Of a DNA stretch of 64,000 nucleotides, positions 28,075-36,251 are shown one piece after another (positions within the stretch are counted from its first letter, which is position 1; the number at the start of each line of letters is the position of its first letter). Under the pieces are notes generated by a model. It ran no database searches and was not told where the DNA came from. It was given only the letters and a program-made list of their open reading frames with translations. The DNA is from a bacterium (GTDB lineage Bacteria > Actinomycetota > Acidimicrobiia > Spongiisociales > ZC4RG35). The stretch covers positions 53,654 through 117,653 of the forward strand of contig JAPPFD010000002.1 of NCBI GenBank assembly GCA_028823995.1, written 5' to 3'. Position numbers and translations under genes: made by a program.

Positions 28075-29187
28075 GTGCTGTTTTATAGTATGTTGTCTGA
28101 CTGGGTGGCTTCGATGGAGATGCTTGTGGTGTTCCAGAGAGAGTGTCAGCGAATCTTTGCAGAGTTATCGGAGTGGAATGACGGCCATCCAGAGTGGCAG
28201 AAGATGTTTGGTGGATGGTTGGGGTTGATGTTTACAGCGGTGGTTTTGGCTGGGTCGGGATGGGCAGATCCGGTCCGGCTAGAGGAATTCCTGCGCCTTA
28301 TTGTGACTCCGCTAGCCGTTTTCTGGGGCTTTGGGGAGTATGGCAGAAGATGGCAGTCTGACGACCATCCCGGCGAGGTGGGGCCTTCTTCCGCTGAGGG
28401 TCGAGAAATCGATTGGCGGCGGACATTAGTAGGAGTGACCCACTTGGCAGGAATAGTTGCCGTCCTCGCCATCCTGATTCTTGTGGTTTTCGTTGATGGG
28501 CCTTCGGAACTGTGGACTGCGTTTGCCCCTGGAGTTCTCATTTTTGTGTGTCTAGCGATTACCAACGCTGTCGCTCGTGCAGTGGGCAGCAGGCCGGCCC
28601 GTTTCTCTGTTGCGCACACCGTGCCTGACGTCGGGAGGGGCCGAGTGCTGGCAGCCACGTTGATAGACAGTGTTATGGCGTGCGTATTTTCGCTTTTCCT
28701 GCTGATGATGCTCCTGGCGGCTTTGGCAGTAGAGGACCAGGTGGGTTCCGACATGCTGCCCTTTACAAACAAGGACTTGGGAAATTCCTTCGATGGCATC
28801 TGGATACCGTTGATGGTGTTCTTGGCAGTCTTCTTGGTGTACCGGTGGGTCGCCCTTCGGAGATGGGGATGTGGACTGGGTGGGCTTTCGATGCGATTGC
28901 AACTCCGTGACCACGGGGGCGAGAGGCCAGGACGGTTCAGGCTTCTCCTAAGGTGCGCATTCGATACTGTATGTATGGGTATGGCTGTGGCCGCGGTTGC
29001 GTTCCTCCCGGCCGATCGGGGGGTCCCGGCGATGGGCGCGGTTGTAGTGATCGCTGTTTGCGTTGGTACCAATGAAGGCAGAAGCCTGACCCATGTACTG
29101 TCGGGCACACAGTACGAACTGCGACAACGCGGTGGACCCAGCCAAAGATCGAACCCAAATGGCGGGATAGACCCACTTGAAACCTAG
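28075..29187 (+). CDS. Hypothetical polytopic membrane protein with an RDD-family-like C-terminal region
   Basis: At least 6 hydrophobic helices. The C-terminal segment resembles RDD-domain proteins (RWGCGLGGLSMRLQLRDHGG..RLLLRCAFD). Start uncertain. GC about 54%. Confidence 0.45.
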   Translation: MLFYSMLSDWVASMEMLVVFQRECQRIFAELSEWNDGHPEWQKMFGGWLGLMFTAVVLAGSGWADPVRLEEFLRLIVTPLAVFWGFGEYGRRWQSDDHPGEVGPSSAEGREIDWRRTLVGVTHLAGIVAVLAILILVVFVDGPSELWTAFAPGVLIFVCLAITNAVARAVGSRPARFSVAHTVPDVGRGRVLAATLIDSVMACVFSLFLLMMLLAALAVEDQVGSDMLPFTNKDLGNSFDGIWIPLMVFLAVFLVYRWVALRRWGCGLGGLSMRLQLRDHGGERPGRFRLLLRCAFDTVCMGMAVAAVAFLPADRGVPAMGAVVVIAVCVGTNEGRSLTHVLSGTQYELRQRGGPSQRSNPNGGIDPLET

Positions 29188-29541
29188 TAGCAGGGTGGTT
29201 CAAACCAACACCTGTTCCCCTATGCCAAAGCAGGTCCCCTGTCGGATCCTGTCCAGCAGGGGTGCCACAGGACAAACGGGGAGCCCTCAGCAGTTGGACG
29301 CCGATAATCATGGTCCTAGCGGCAATAACAGCGGGCGTGCTCATCGGCGGGTACCCAGGAGCCGGGCCCGGGTATAGGCGTATCCGCCATAGCACTGCAC
29401 ACCTGGCGAGCAGGATCCAAACGGAACTAATCCACTGTGTCGGGTGCAAGTTATCCCAAAAAGAGCTGACGCCTCTTGGCCACCGGACCTGGGAAGTGCC
29501 AGATAGGGGCCCTCGGGGATGCGGAACCGAAGTCGGATCGG

Positions 29542-30759
29542 CTAGGCGGCGGGGTCGACCAGGCGTCCTATGAATAAGAAGGCGCCGGTTTCGGGGTGAA
29601 CGATGGCCCAGAGGAAGGGGCGGTCGGCGACCACCGTGAGGTCCGGTGGTGGTGGTGCTGACTCCTTGAAGGCCATGGCGGTGGCTGCAGCGGCTTCGGT
29701 GCCTTTCTCGTCGACGATCACCTTGGCGCCGTGGAGGGCGGCGGTGATGAAGATGCCCGGGGCGATGTCATCGAAAGGCGCTCCGGCGCAGAACCCCCGG
29801 GGGCAGAGCCACTCGAACAGGTCGGTGGGCGGCAGGGTTTGTTCCCACTTGGGCATGGTTAGATCGACAAAGCCCTGTTGGGCAATGTCCTCAAGGCCGG
29901 TCAGGTCCTGTGAGTCGAGCAATTCCTCGACCGCTGGAAGTCCTCCTGGGTCGTGGGGCACGATCAGCCACATGGCCAACCGGCCCCCCTGGTATGGGAG
30001 TTGTACCGCGTCGGCGCCGTCGAGTCGGACGAAGCGACGAGCGACCGGCTCCCGGTCGCGCATGAACGGTACCGTCACCGCGAGGCCGTCTCCGGTGGTG
30101 AACGGGCCATCTTCGGTCCACTCGGGGAGGAACGGCTCTGCCCAGTCGGCCTTCAGGTACACCGTGTTCACCAGGACCAGTTCCTGGCTTTGGACGGTCT
30201 GTTCGGTGACGATGGTGGGAACCAGACCGCGGGTGGTGTCCGATACCCATCCGTTGATGGTCTCGGCCGCCGACGCGCCGTCGTCGAGGTCGATCGGGTG
30301 GACCGCCGCTCCGTAGTGGGCGCCGGCAATCTCCAAGAAACCGGGCAGTGGAGAGAACTCGTCGTCGGGGAAGAGACGGTTGGCCACCTCCAGGGTGGTC
30401 GGTTCCACCGAGGCGGTGGCCAGCATCAGATCGACCGCATTGGCCGCAGGGTGAAGATCAAGCTCGGGGAACCCGAAGATCTCATCGAGCACCGCCCCGG
30501 TGTCTCCGGATGCGCCGGCCCGGCTGAGGCTGAAAGCCAAACCGAGGCTGACCGGACTGGAGACCGCGTTGCCCACCAGGTGGCGATGAAAGTCCCAGCC
30601 GGCCGCGTTGGCTCCGGCCACCCAATCCGCCGTCGGCGCCAGGGGATCGGCTGGCAGCCGGTCGGCCACCGGCTCCAACAACGTCGTGGTGGTGACCGAG
30701 GGACCGCATGCCGCGGTCAAGAAACACAGGAGAACGAGAAACCTGAGCAATTTTGTCAT
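29542..30759 (-). CDS. Serpin-family protease inhibitor, lipoprotein (bacterial serpin)
   Basis: ATG at 30759 (MTKLLRFLVLLCFLTAACG is a signal peptide plus lipobox). Serpin hinge GTEAAAAT, then the reactive-centre loop. C-terminal serpin signature (VADRPFLWAIVHPETGAFLFIGRLVDP). About 405 aa. Confidence 0.8.
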   Translation of the reverse strand: MTKLLRFLVLLCFLTAACGPSVTTTTLLEPVADRLPADPLAPTADWVAGANAAGWDFHRHLVGNAVSSPVSLGLAFSLSRAGASGDTGAVLDEIFGFPELDLHPAANAVDLMLATASVEPTTLEVANRLFPDDEFSPLPGFLEIAGAHYGAAVHPIDLDDGASAAETINGWVSDTTRGLVPTIVTEQTVQSQELVLVNTVYLKADWAEPFLPEWTEDGPFTTGDGLAVTVPFMRDREPVARRFVRLDGADAVQLPYQGGRLAMWLIVPHDPGGLPAVEELLDSQDLTGLEDIAQQGFVDLTMPKWEQTLPPTDLFEWLCPRGFCAGAPFDDIAPGIFITAALHGAKVIVDEKGTEAAAATAMAFKESAPPPPDLTVVADRPFLWAIVHPETGAFLFIGRLVDPAA

Positions 30760-31034
30760 AGCTTGTTCGATCGTAAGAAGAGCCTCAGAGAACCTCGTTG
30801 TCAACTCTAGAACGCGGCCTAGCAGATGTGCGGAGACCACATGGTCGGCTATTCGAAGGGACGCCGGGGCCAATCGAGGAGGACGGCCCACTTATCATCC
30901 TCGACCAATGGCCTCTTTGATTGACCACTTCTCTCCTCCAAAGCGCCCCTCAACGCGACTCGGGGAGGCGAAGTGTCACACCCCCTTCCCATGCTTGCTG
31001 CAAGCAGCATTCCAGCAGGGAGGAGGCCTACATC

Positions 31035-31784
31035 TTGAGTAACCGATCTGGGATCGAGTGGACTGAGACGACGTGGAACCCGACGACTGGTTGCGACCAG
31101 GTGTCCATGGGGTGTGACAACTGCTACGCGCTGACTTTCGCGAAGCGTCTCAAGGCCATGGGCCAACCCAAGTATCAGAACGACGGTGATCCTCGCACCA
31201 GCGGTCCCGGATTTGGACTCACCCTACACCCGGATGTCTTGGCCGAGCCAAGGCGATGGAGGGCGCCTAGGTTGGTGTTTGTGAACTCAATGAGCGACTT
31301 GTTTCATCCCGAAGTCCCTCTCGAGTTCATCCAAGAGGTGTTTAGTGTGATGGCCGAAACGCCACAGCACACCTACCAGATCCTTACCAAGCGTTCCAAG
31401 CGACTTGCATCTCTCGGGCCCCAGCTGGACTGGTCCCGAAATGTTTGGATAGGTGTCAGCGTTGAAACCAGTCGCTATGTCTTCCGCATCGACCACCTCA
31501 GAACCGTTCCTGCCGAAGTCCGCTTCATCAGTGCGGAACCTCTACTGGGTCCTCTTCCCAATCTGGATCTCTCGGGCATCCACTGGCTGATCGCAGGGGG
31601 AGAGAGCGGCCCCGGGGCAAGACCCATCGAAGAAGCATGGGTCCTCGACTTGCGGGATCAGTGTGCAGCCGCCGACGTAGCCTTCTTCTTCAAGCAGTGG
31701 GGAGGCCTCCACTCAAAATCCGGTGGCCGGGAACTTGATGGTGCTCTATATGACAATTTGCCATCACTCAGCAAGGCAAGCTAG
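31035..31784 (+). CDS. Phage Gp37/Gp68-family protein (DUF5131) with an N-terminal three-Cys motif
   Basis: TTG start at 31035 preceded by ggaggagg. N-terminal IEWTETTWNPTTGCDQVSMGCDNCYA matches the family hallmark (C-x6-C-x2-C). About 250 aa. Confidence 0.7.
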   Translation: MSNRSGIEWTETTWNPTTGCDQVSMGCDNCYALTFAKRLKAMGQPKYQNDGDPRTSGPGFGLTLHPDVLAEPRRWRAPRLVFVNSMSDLFHPEVPLEFIQEVFSVMAETPQHTYQILTKRSKRLASLGPQLDWSRNVWIGVSVETSRYVFRIDHLRTVPAEVRFISAEPLLGPLPNLDLSGIHWLIAGGESGPGARPIEEAWVLDLRDQCAAADVAFFFKQWGGLHSKSGGRELDGALYDNLPSLSKAS

Positions 31785-31798
31785 GCCGGGCCAACATT

Positions 31799-32785
31799 GT
31801 GCGGGTATGGGGATGCTGGACCAAAGGCAAGTTGGACATTCTGCGGCGGTATCTGGATGCCTTCACCACAACGACCAAGCACAAGTCAGATGAAAGGATT
31901 TATATTGATGCTTTCGCTGGTGAGCAGGAAAACCGACTTCGTCTGACAGATGAGCCTCTGGAAGGTTCGGCAAGAATTGCGTTATCAATTGAAGATCCAC
32001 CCTTCACCCGATTGCGTTTCTTTGAAACCGAAGCCAACGCATCCGCGCTTGAGTCATCGTTGAGGCGCGACTACCCAAACCGTGATCTGGAAGTGTTAGG
32101 TGGGGATTGTAATGAACTCATCCCCAGGGAACTTGCTCGGTTGCGGCGGCTCAATCGAGTTCCGACGTTCGCCTTTATTGACCCTAACGGTATGGAGGCG
32201 GAGTGGCGAACGTTAAAGGCATTGGCGCATTTCAAAGAGGGACACCGGTGGAAAGCCGAGATTCTCTACTACTTTGCACCGCCGATGTTTACGCGAGTAT
32301 TGCCGGTTGATGGCCAACCGGTCAGCAAGAAAAACGCTGCGAGAATTGATCGTCTCTACGGTACGAAGGACTGGCGTTTCATTTACGAGGCCCGCCTACG
32401 TTGTGCCTTAGAGCCTTGGCAAGCCCGACAAGAGTACCTCAATCTGATGAGATGGCGCATGGAAGAATCCTTAGGATATGAATGGACACTCCCGATTGAA
32501 GTTCGAAATGAGCGGGGCGTCGTCATCTATTACATGATCTTTGCCACTGATCACGAAGCGGGTGAACGCATAATGGGGAGCGTTTACGCTAAAGCTGCCG
32601 AAGAGTTTCCGATAATGCGCGAGAAGGCGCGAAGGATTCGCAAACAGGAAGAAAACAAAGAACGCGGCGTAACAAGCCTTTTCGGTGAGGACGATGGAGA
32701 ACTCTGGGGCCCAATTCTGCCAGGAGAACGGTTTTACGAACACGAGCCACCTACCAGGCCATGGTTCCTGCGCGAGTGCCCTTGA
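31799..32785 (+). CDS. Three-Cys-motif partner protein TcmP-like, with Rossmann/methyltransferase-like motifs
   Basis: Immediately downstream of the DUF5131 gene. N-terminal WTKGKLDILRRYLDAFTTT resembles the TcmP family start. IYIDAFAGEQ and FAFIDPNG resemble MTase motifs I and IV (weak). GTG start. About 48-50% GC. Confidence 0.55.
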   Translation: MRVWGCWTKGKLDILRRYLDAFTTTTKHKSDERIYIDAFAGEQENRLRLTDEPLEGSARIALSIEDPPFTRLRFFETEANASALESSLRRDYPNRDLEVLGGDCNELIPRELARLRRLNRVPTFAFIDPNGMEAEWRTLKALAHFKEGHRWKAEILYYFAPPMFTRVLPVDGQPVSKKNAARIDRLYGTKDWRFIYEARLRCALEPWQARQEYLNLMRWRMEESLGYEWTLPIEVRNERGVVIYYMIFATDHEAGERIMGSVYAKAAEEFPIMREKARRIRKQEENKERGVTSLFGEDDGELWGPILPGERFYEHEPPTRPWFLRECP

Positions 32786-32972
32786 ACTCGATGGAAGTGT
32801 CACTGGCCTGCGAGCATCACAGCACTGCTGGCAAGAACGATTTAGCCAACCCCCGTTGTTTCATCACCCGGTGCTACAACTAAGCGATAGATCGAGAGGG
32901 TGCCCCAGCAACACTTCCGCGTCGGACTTCCCGACCTCGATCGCCAACCCACATGGGCATCGGAAGGTCAGA

Positions 32973-33827
32973 TCAGTTCTGGTCCCCACCCACAAAGGAA
33001 GAAAGCACCTCCGGTATCGCCTCCCATGCAACCGAGCGGGTGAGACGATTCAGTGTTCCCACCCCCACACTCTTCTGTCCACCAAGTTCCTCATCGAGCA
33101 CTGAGGTTGGGACCACCCAAAATACCCAGCACAGTGGATCCTGAACATCCTTATTGGTTGCGGGTACGGTGTCATGAAGGCAGAACACATAAATGTCAGC
33201 CAGACGCCGGGGCGGATCGAAGGTTTGCCACTGGTCTGTGTCGGGATCCCATGCCATCTTCCTAGGCCTAATGTCGAATCTCGGTGTCGACATCTGTTCG
33301 AGGTTCCACGTCTGGCTGATTCCCGAGGCCTTGACTTCGATGGTGAGGTTGCGGTAGCGGAGATCATACGAGTTCCACTCGGTTCGATGGTCGGCGTCAT
33401 CAATGATGCCGAGTGCTTGACCGACCAGCCACTCGGCATATAAGCCTCTGTTGACGTTGTCAACAAGATTCCCGACGGCCCAACGGTTGAAGCTCCCGGG
33501 TGGAGGGCTGGGGGGAGGCTTAAGCCAAACAATGGGAATGTCAGGAGCAGCAGGCGACAACAAATCCATCGCGTGGTACATCTCATCCTGGTAGTAGAGC
33601 CACCAGCGCCCCATGGGCCCTCCTGCCCAGCTGTCAAACCCCAGTTCTATCCCGTTGCCAAGCTTGATAAGCGCTATGGCTTCGAATTCCCACCATTCGT
33701 TGTACCGGGGGCCGGCAAACAGTTGGGGGCCAAAGGCCAGGTAGGAATGCTCTCGCTCGATCAGCCGATATACAGCTACCGATCCTTTGGTGATCCTGTC
33801 GGGTTCTCCGTTGCGTTCTCTGTTCAT
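32973..33827 (-). CDS. Hypothetical protein with a C-terminal PD-(D/E)xK-nuclease-like signature
   Basis: The E...D...E-x-K arrangement (YAEWLVGQALG ... YDLRYRNLTIEVKASG ... DIYVFCLH) is typical of the restriction-endonuclease fold. Second gene of an operon with the HNH-DUF433 gene (ATGA overlap). Confidence 0.45.
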   Translation of the reverse strand: MNRERNGEPDRITKGSVAVYRLIEREHSYLAFGPQLFAGPRYNEWWEFEAIALIKLGNGIELGFDSWAGGPMGRWWLYYQDEMYHAMDLLSPAAPDIPIVWLKPPPSPPPGSFNRWAVGNLVDNVNRGLYAEWLVGQALGIIDDADHRTEWNSYDLRYRNLTIEVKASGISQTWNLEQMSTPRFDIRPRKMAWDPDTDQWQTFDPPRRLADIYVFCLHDTVPATNKDVQDPLCWVFWVVPTSVLDEELGGQKSVGVGTLNRLTRSVAWEAIPEVLSSFVGGDQN

Positions 33828-34384
33828 AGAGTCTTGGCCCTAACGGTTCGCAGAAGCTCGATCTGACGGTCGATGATCCGCTCGGCATCCGACATCTCGA
33901 TGCCCTCGTAGCAATCCAGGAACTGGTCGAGGGTTATGCCTTCGTTGAGCTCCTCGAATAGCTCGGCAATAGGCAACCAAGTACCGGCAAATACCCACTC
34001 ACCGCTAAGACGGTCCGTACGTCTCTCAACAGCTCCGCATGTTTCCCAGATCGACTGGCGTTGTTCTGAGGACTTGCCGAATTGCCTCACTACAAGGGGT
34101 GGCTGCCACCCGCAACCGCAATTCCGCTCGGCCGCGAGGCGACGCTCTGGTGATCGGTAGTCAATGGGTTGATCGGTTTTCCGTCGATTGCAAGTTTGGC
34201 AGAGGGTTTGGAGGTTGTTCCAACAGTCTGGCCCGTCAGCGGCTTGCGGGACTATGTGGTCGATCTCAAGATCCTGGGAGCTTCCGCAAGAAAGGCATTG
34301 ATCCCCATCGAGACTGAACACCCGTTCGCGACGTCCCTTCTTTTTACTCATACGTGGGAATCTTAACGAGCGGGTGTGACGCAT
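33824..34384 (-). CDS. HNH endonuclease fused to a C-terminal DUF433 domain
   Basis: HNH motif CLSCGSSQDLEIDHIVPQAADGPDCWNNLQTLCQTCNRRK. C-terminal GTWLPIAELFEELNEGITLDQFLDCYEGIEMSDAERIID matches DUF433. The likelier start is ATG at 34351 (MSKKKGRR). Confidence 0.7.
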   Translation of the reverse strand: MRHTRSLRFPRMSKKKGRRERVFSLDGDQCLSCGSSQDLEIDHIVPQAADGPDCWNNLQTLCQTCNRRKTDQPIDYRSPERRLAAERNCGCGWQPPLVVRQFGKSSEQRQSIWETCGAVERRTDRLSGEWVFAGTWLPIAELFEELNEGITLDQFLDCYEGIEMSDAERIIDRQIELLRTVRAKTL

Positions 34385-34574
34385 TCCCCTCGGGTTCGTG
34401 CCGAAGCAGGGGAAAGCGGCAACACCCGCGCCGGTTACCGCCTCGAAACTGCTAACAGCAACACCAGAACGGCCGCGCCATGACCCACCATGCCGGCTTC
34501 ATCCGCCGGAGATACTGACCGGGTAGGCAACCGAGGCCCGTGCAACGCCGATTTCTCTCTCCTCCTAGGGTCTC

Positions 34575-34600
34575 GGGATTTGTCATAATATAATGATCTT
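34575..34600. promoter_or_regulatory. AT-rich near-palindrome (tgtcataatataatgatc) just upstream of the GntR gene; candidate operator or -10 region
   Basis: Seen in sequence about 5-25 nt upstream of the gntR-family start. 12 of 14 positions of tcataatataatga are dyad-symmetric. Coordinates are approximate, because text and ORF track disagreed by 1 nt here. Confidence 0.3.
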
Positions 34601-34602
34601 CC

Positions 34603-35352
34603 ATGAGCGGCGGCTTGGACAGACACCTTCAACGTGGCCCTCTCCCACTGTGGTTCCAGATCAAGGAACAACTCAGACGGGCCATCGATATGGGCGAGTG
34701 GGCGCCGGGCGAACAGTTGCCAACCGAGAGCGAACTCACCGAGTTCTTCGGTGTCAGCCGGATCACGGTCCGTACTGCTTTCGAGCGGCTGGGCGACCAG
34801 GGTCTGGTTGAACGGACTCCCGGGCGGGGCACCTTCGTGGCCCAACGCAGTTTCGAACAGCCGGTCACTCGTCTGGCCGGATTCCACGAGGACATGGCTA
34901 GCCGTGGCTTCGTCCCCTCCGCTCACACCCTCTCAGTCGGAGTCGTTCCCGGACCCTCCGATGCGGCGTCGGCACTGGGTGCCGAGGGCGAGGACCTGGT
35001 GGAGGTCCGGCGTCTCCTCTCAGCCGACAACACGCCCATGGCTTTCCAACACGGCTATCTGCCTACCTGGGTGTTGGGAAACGGCGAGTTCACCACCGCC
35101 GACCTTCACAACAAGTCGCTTTATCGGATCATGGAGGAACGGACCGCGTCGCATCCGGCGACCGCCGAAGGGACCATCGAAGCGGTCCGGGCTGACCGCA
35201 CCCGAGCCGACCTGCTGGACGTGCCGGAGGGATCGCCCCTCCTCCTCGCCACCCGCTTGTCTCTCGATAGGTCCCGACGCCCGGTCGAGTGGGTGCGGCT
35301 TTGGTACCGGGCGGACCGCTACCGCTTCCGGGTGGAGTTGCAACTCCCATGA
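34603..35352 (+). CDS. GntR-family transcriptional regulator (HutC subfamily, UTRA effector domain)
   Basis: N-terminal winged HTH (LPTESELTEFFGVSRITVRTAFERLGDQGLVERTPGRGTFV) and a C-terminal UTRA-like domain. 249 aa. Confidence 0.8.
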   Translation: MSGGLDRHLQRGPLPLWFQIKEQLRRAIDMGEWAPGEQLPTESELTEFFGVSRITVRTAFERLGDQGLVERTPGRGTFVAQRSFEQPVTRLAGFHEDMASRGFVPSAHTLSVGVVPGPSDAASALGAEGEDLVEVRRLLSADNTPMAFQHGYLPTWVLGNGEFTTADLHNKSLYRIMEERTASHPATAEGTIEAVRADRTRADLLDVPEGSPLLLATRLSLDRSRRPVEWVRLWYRADRYRFRVELQLP

Positions 35353-36251
35353 TCGACGTGGTGGGTGACGCCTGTGTCGACCTGGTCCTTCCAGTTTCCC
35401 GGGTCCCGGACCCGGATGAGAAGGTGCACACCGGGGAGGCGGTGGTGAGCCCCGGCGGGGTGGCGCTGAACGTGGCCGTCGCCCTGGCTCGGCTGGGTTC
35501 GGAGGTGGCCCTCCATGCCCGGGTCGGCCAGGACGCCTTCGGTTCCATGGTGCTGGAGACACTCGAGGAGGAAGCGGTGAACACCACCAGCGTGGTGACG
35601 GACCCTTCCATCGACACCTATTTCACCATGTCGCTGATCACCGACGACTCTCCGGAAAAGCGCATGGTCGTGGCGGTCACGCCCGGTCTGTACCCCGCCG
35701 AGGCCACATTAGGACCCTCGACGTGGGGTCATACGGCGCCCTTCGATCTGGATGCCGCCGCGAAGGTCACCGACCGGTGGCGCACTCTCGGCGTCCCGTT
35801 CTCGATAGATCTGGAGCCGGCCTGCATACCCGAAGATCCGGCCGAGATCGCCTCGGTGACCACCGGCGCCGACACCCTGATCGCCAATGCCCGGACCCGG
35901 GATCTCCTTGCGGAGTCAGCCGAGGGCGCGCTCGATGTCCTGTCGGGGCCGCTCGGCGGTCGCCACGCAGTGATCACCGGCGGATCCGACGGGATCGTCT
36001 TCCGCTCGGAGGGGACCACTGGTCGGATCCCCGCCCACCGGGTGGATGCGGTCGACACTACCGGGGCCGGCGACGGCTTCGCGGCCGGATACATCTGGGC
36101 TCGCACCCGGGGTTCTGAGGTCGTCGAAGCGCTAAGAGTCGGAGTCCTGGTGGGAGCGCTGGCCTGCCGGAGCCTGGGAGCGCTGGCATCGTTTCCGCGA
36201 AGAGAGGAGATCGATCCATGGCTCAGGACCCAACGGGAGGACAGCTCATGA
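35349..36251 (+). CDS. PfkB-family carbohydrate kinase (ribokinase-like)
   Basis: ATGA overlap with gntR. PfkB signatures (GGVALNVAVALARLG and the C-terminal DTTGAGDGFAAG anion-hole motif). Confidence 0.75.
   Translation: MIDVVGDACVDLVLPVSRVPDPDEKVHTGEAVVSPGGVALNVAVALARLGSEVALHARVGQDAFGSMVLETLEEEAVNTTSVVTDPSIDTYFTMSLITDDSPEKRMVVAVTPGLYPAEATLGPSTWGHTAPFDLDAAAKVTDRWRTLGVPFSIDLEPACIPEDPAEIASVTTGADTLIANARTRDLLAESAEGALDVLSGPLGGRHAVITGGSDGIVFRSEGTTGRIPAHRVDAVDTTGAGDGFAAGYIWARTRGSEVVEALRVGVLVGALACRSLGALASFPRREEIDPWLRTQREDSS

Noticed and set aside
27577-29187. Possibility that the 115-aa ORF is the frameshifted N-terminus of the downstream membrane protein
   Set aside because: The 115-aa ORF has its own strong RBS and a clean stop, followed by 150 bp of non-coding sequence. 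The membrane protein starts in its own frame, and there is no continuity of hydrophobicity pattern.
29188-29541. Checked the 350-bp gap between the membrane protein and the serpin for a tRNA or att site at the island boundary
   Set aside because: No cloverleaf-like sequence (no GTTC-type T-arm or acceptor pairing) and no obvious direct repeats. Only weak 6-bp hairpins.
34435-34926. 163-aa - strand ORF overlapping the GntR gene start
   Set aside because: It is antisense to a confident GntR winged-helix coding region and has a low-complexity translation.
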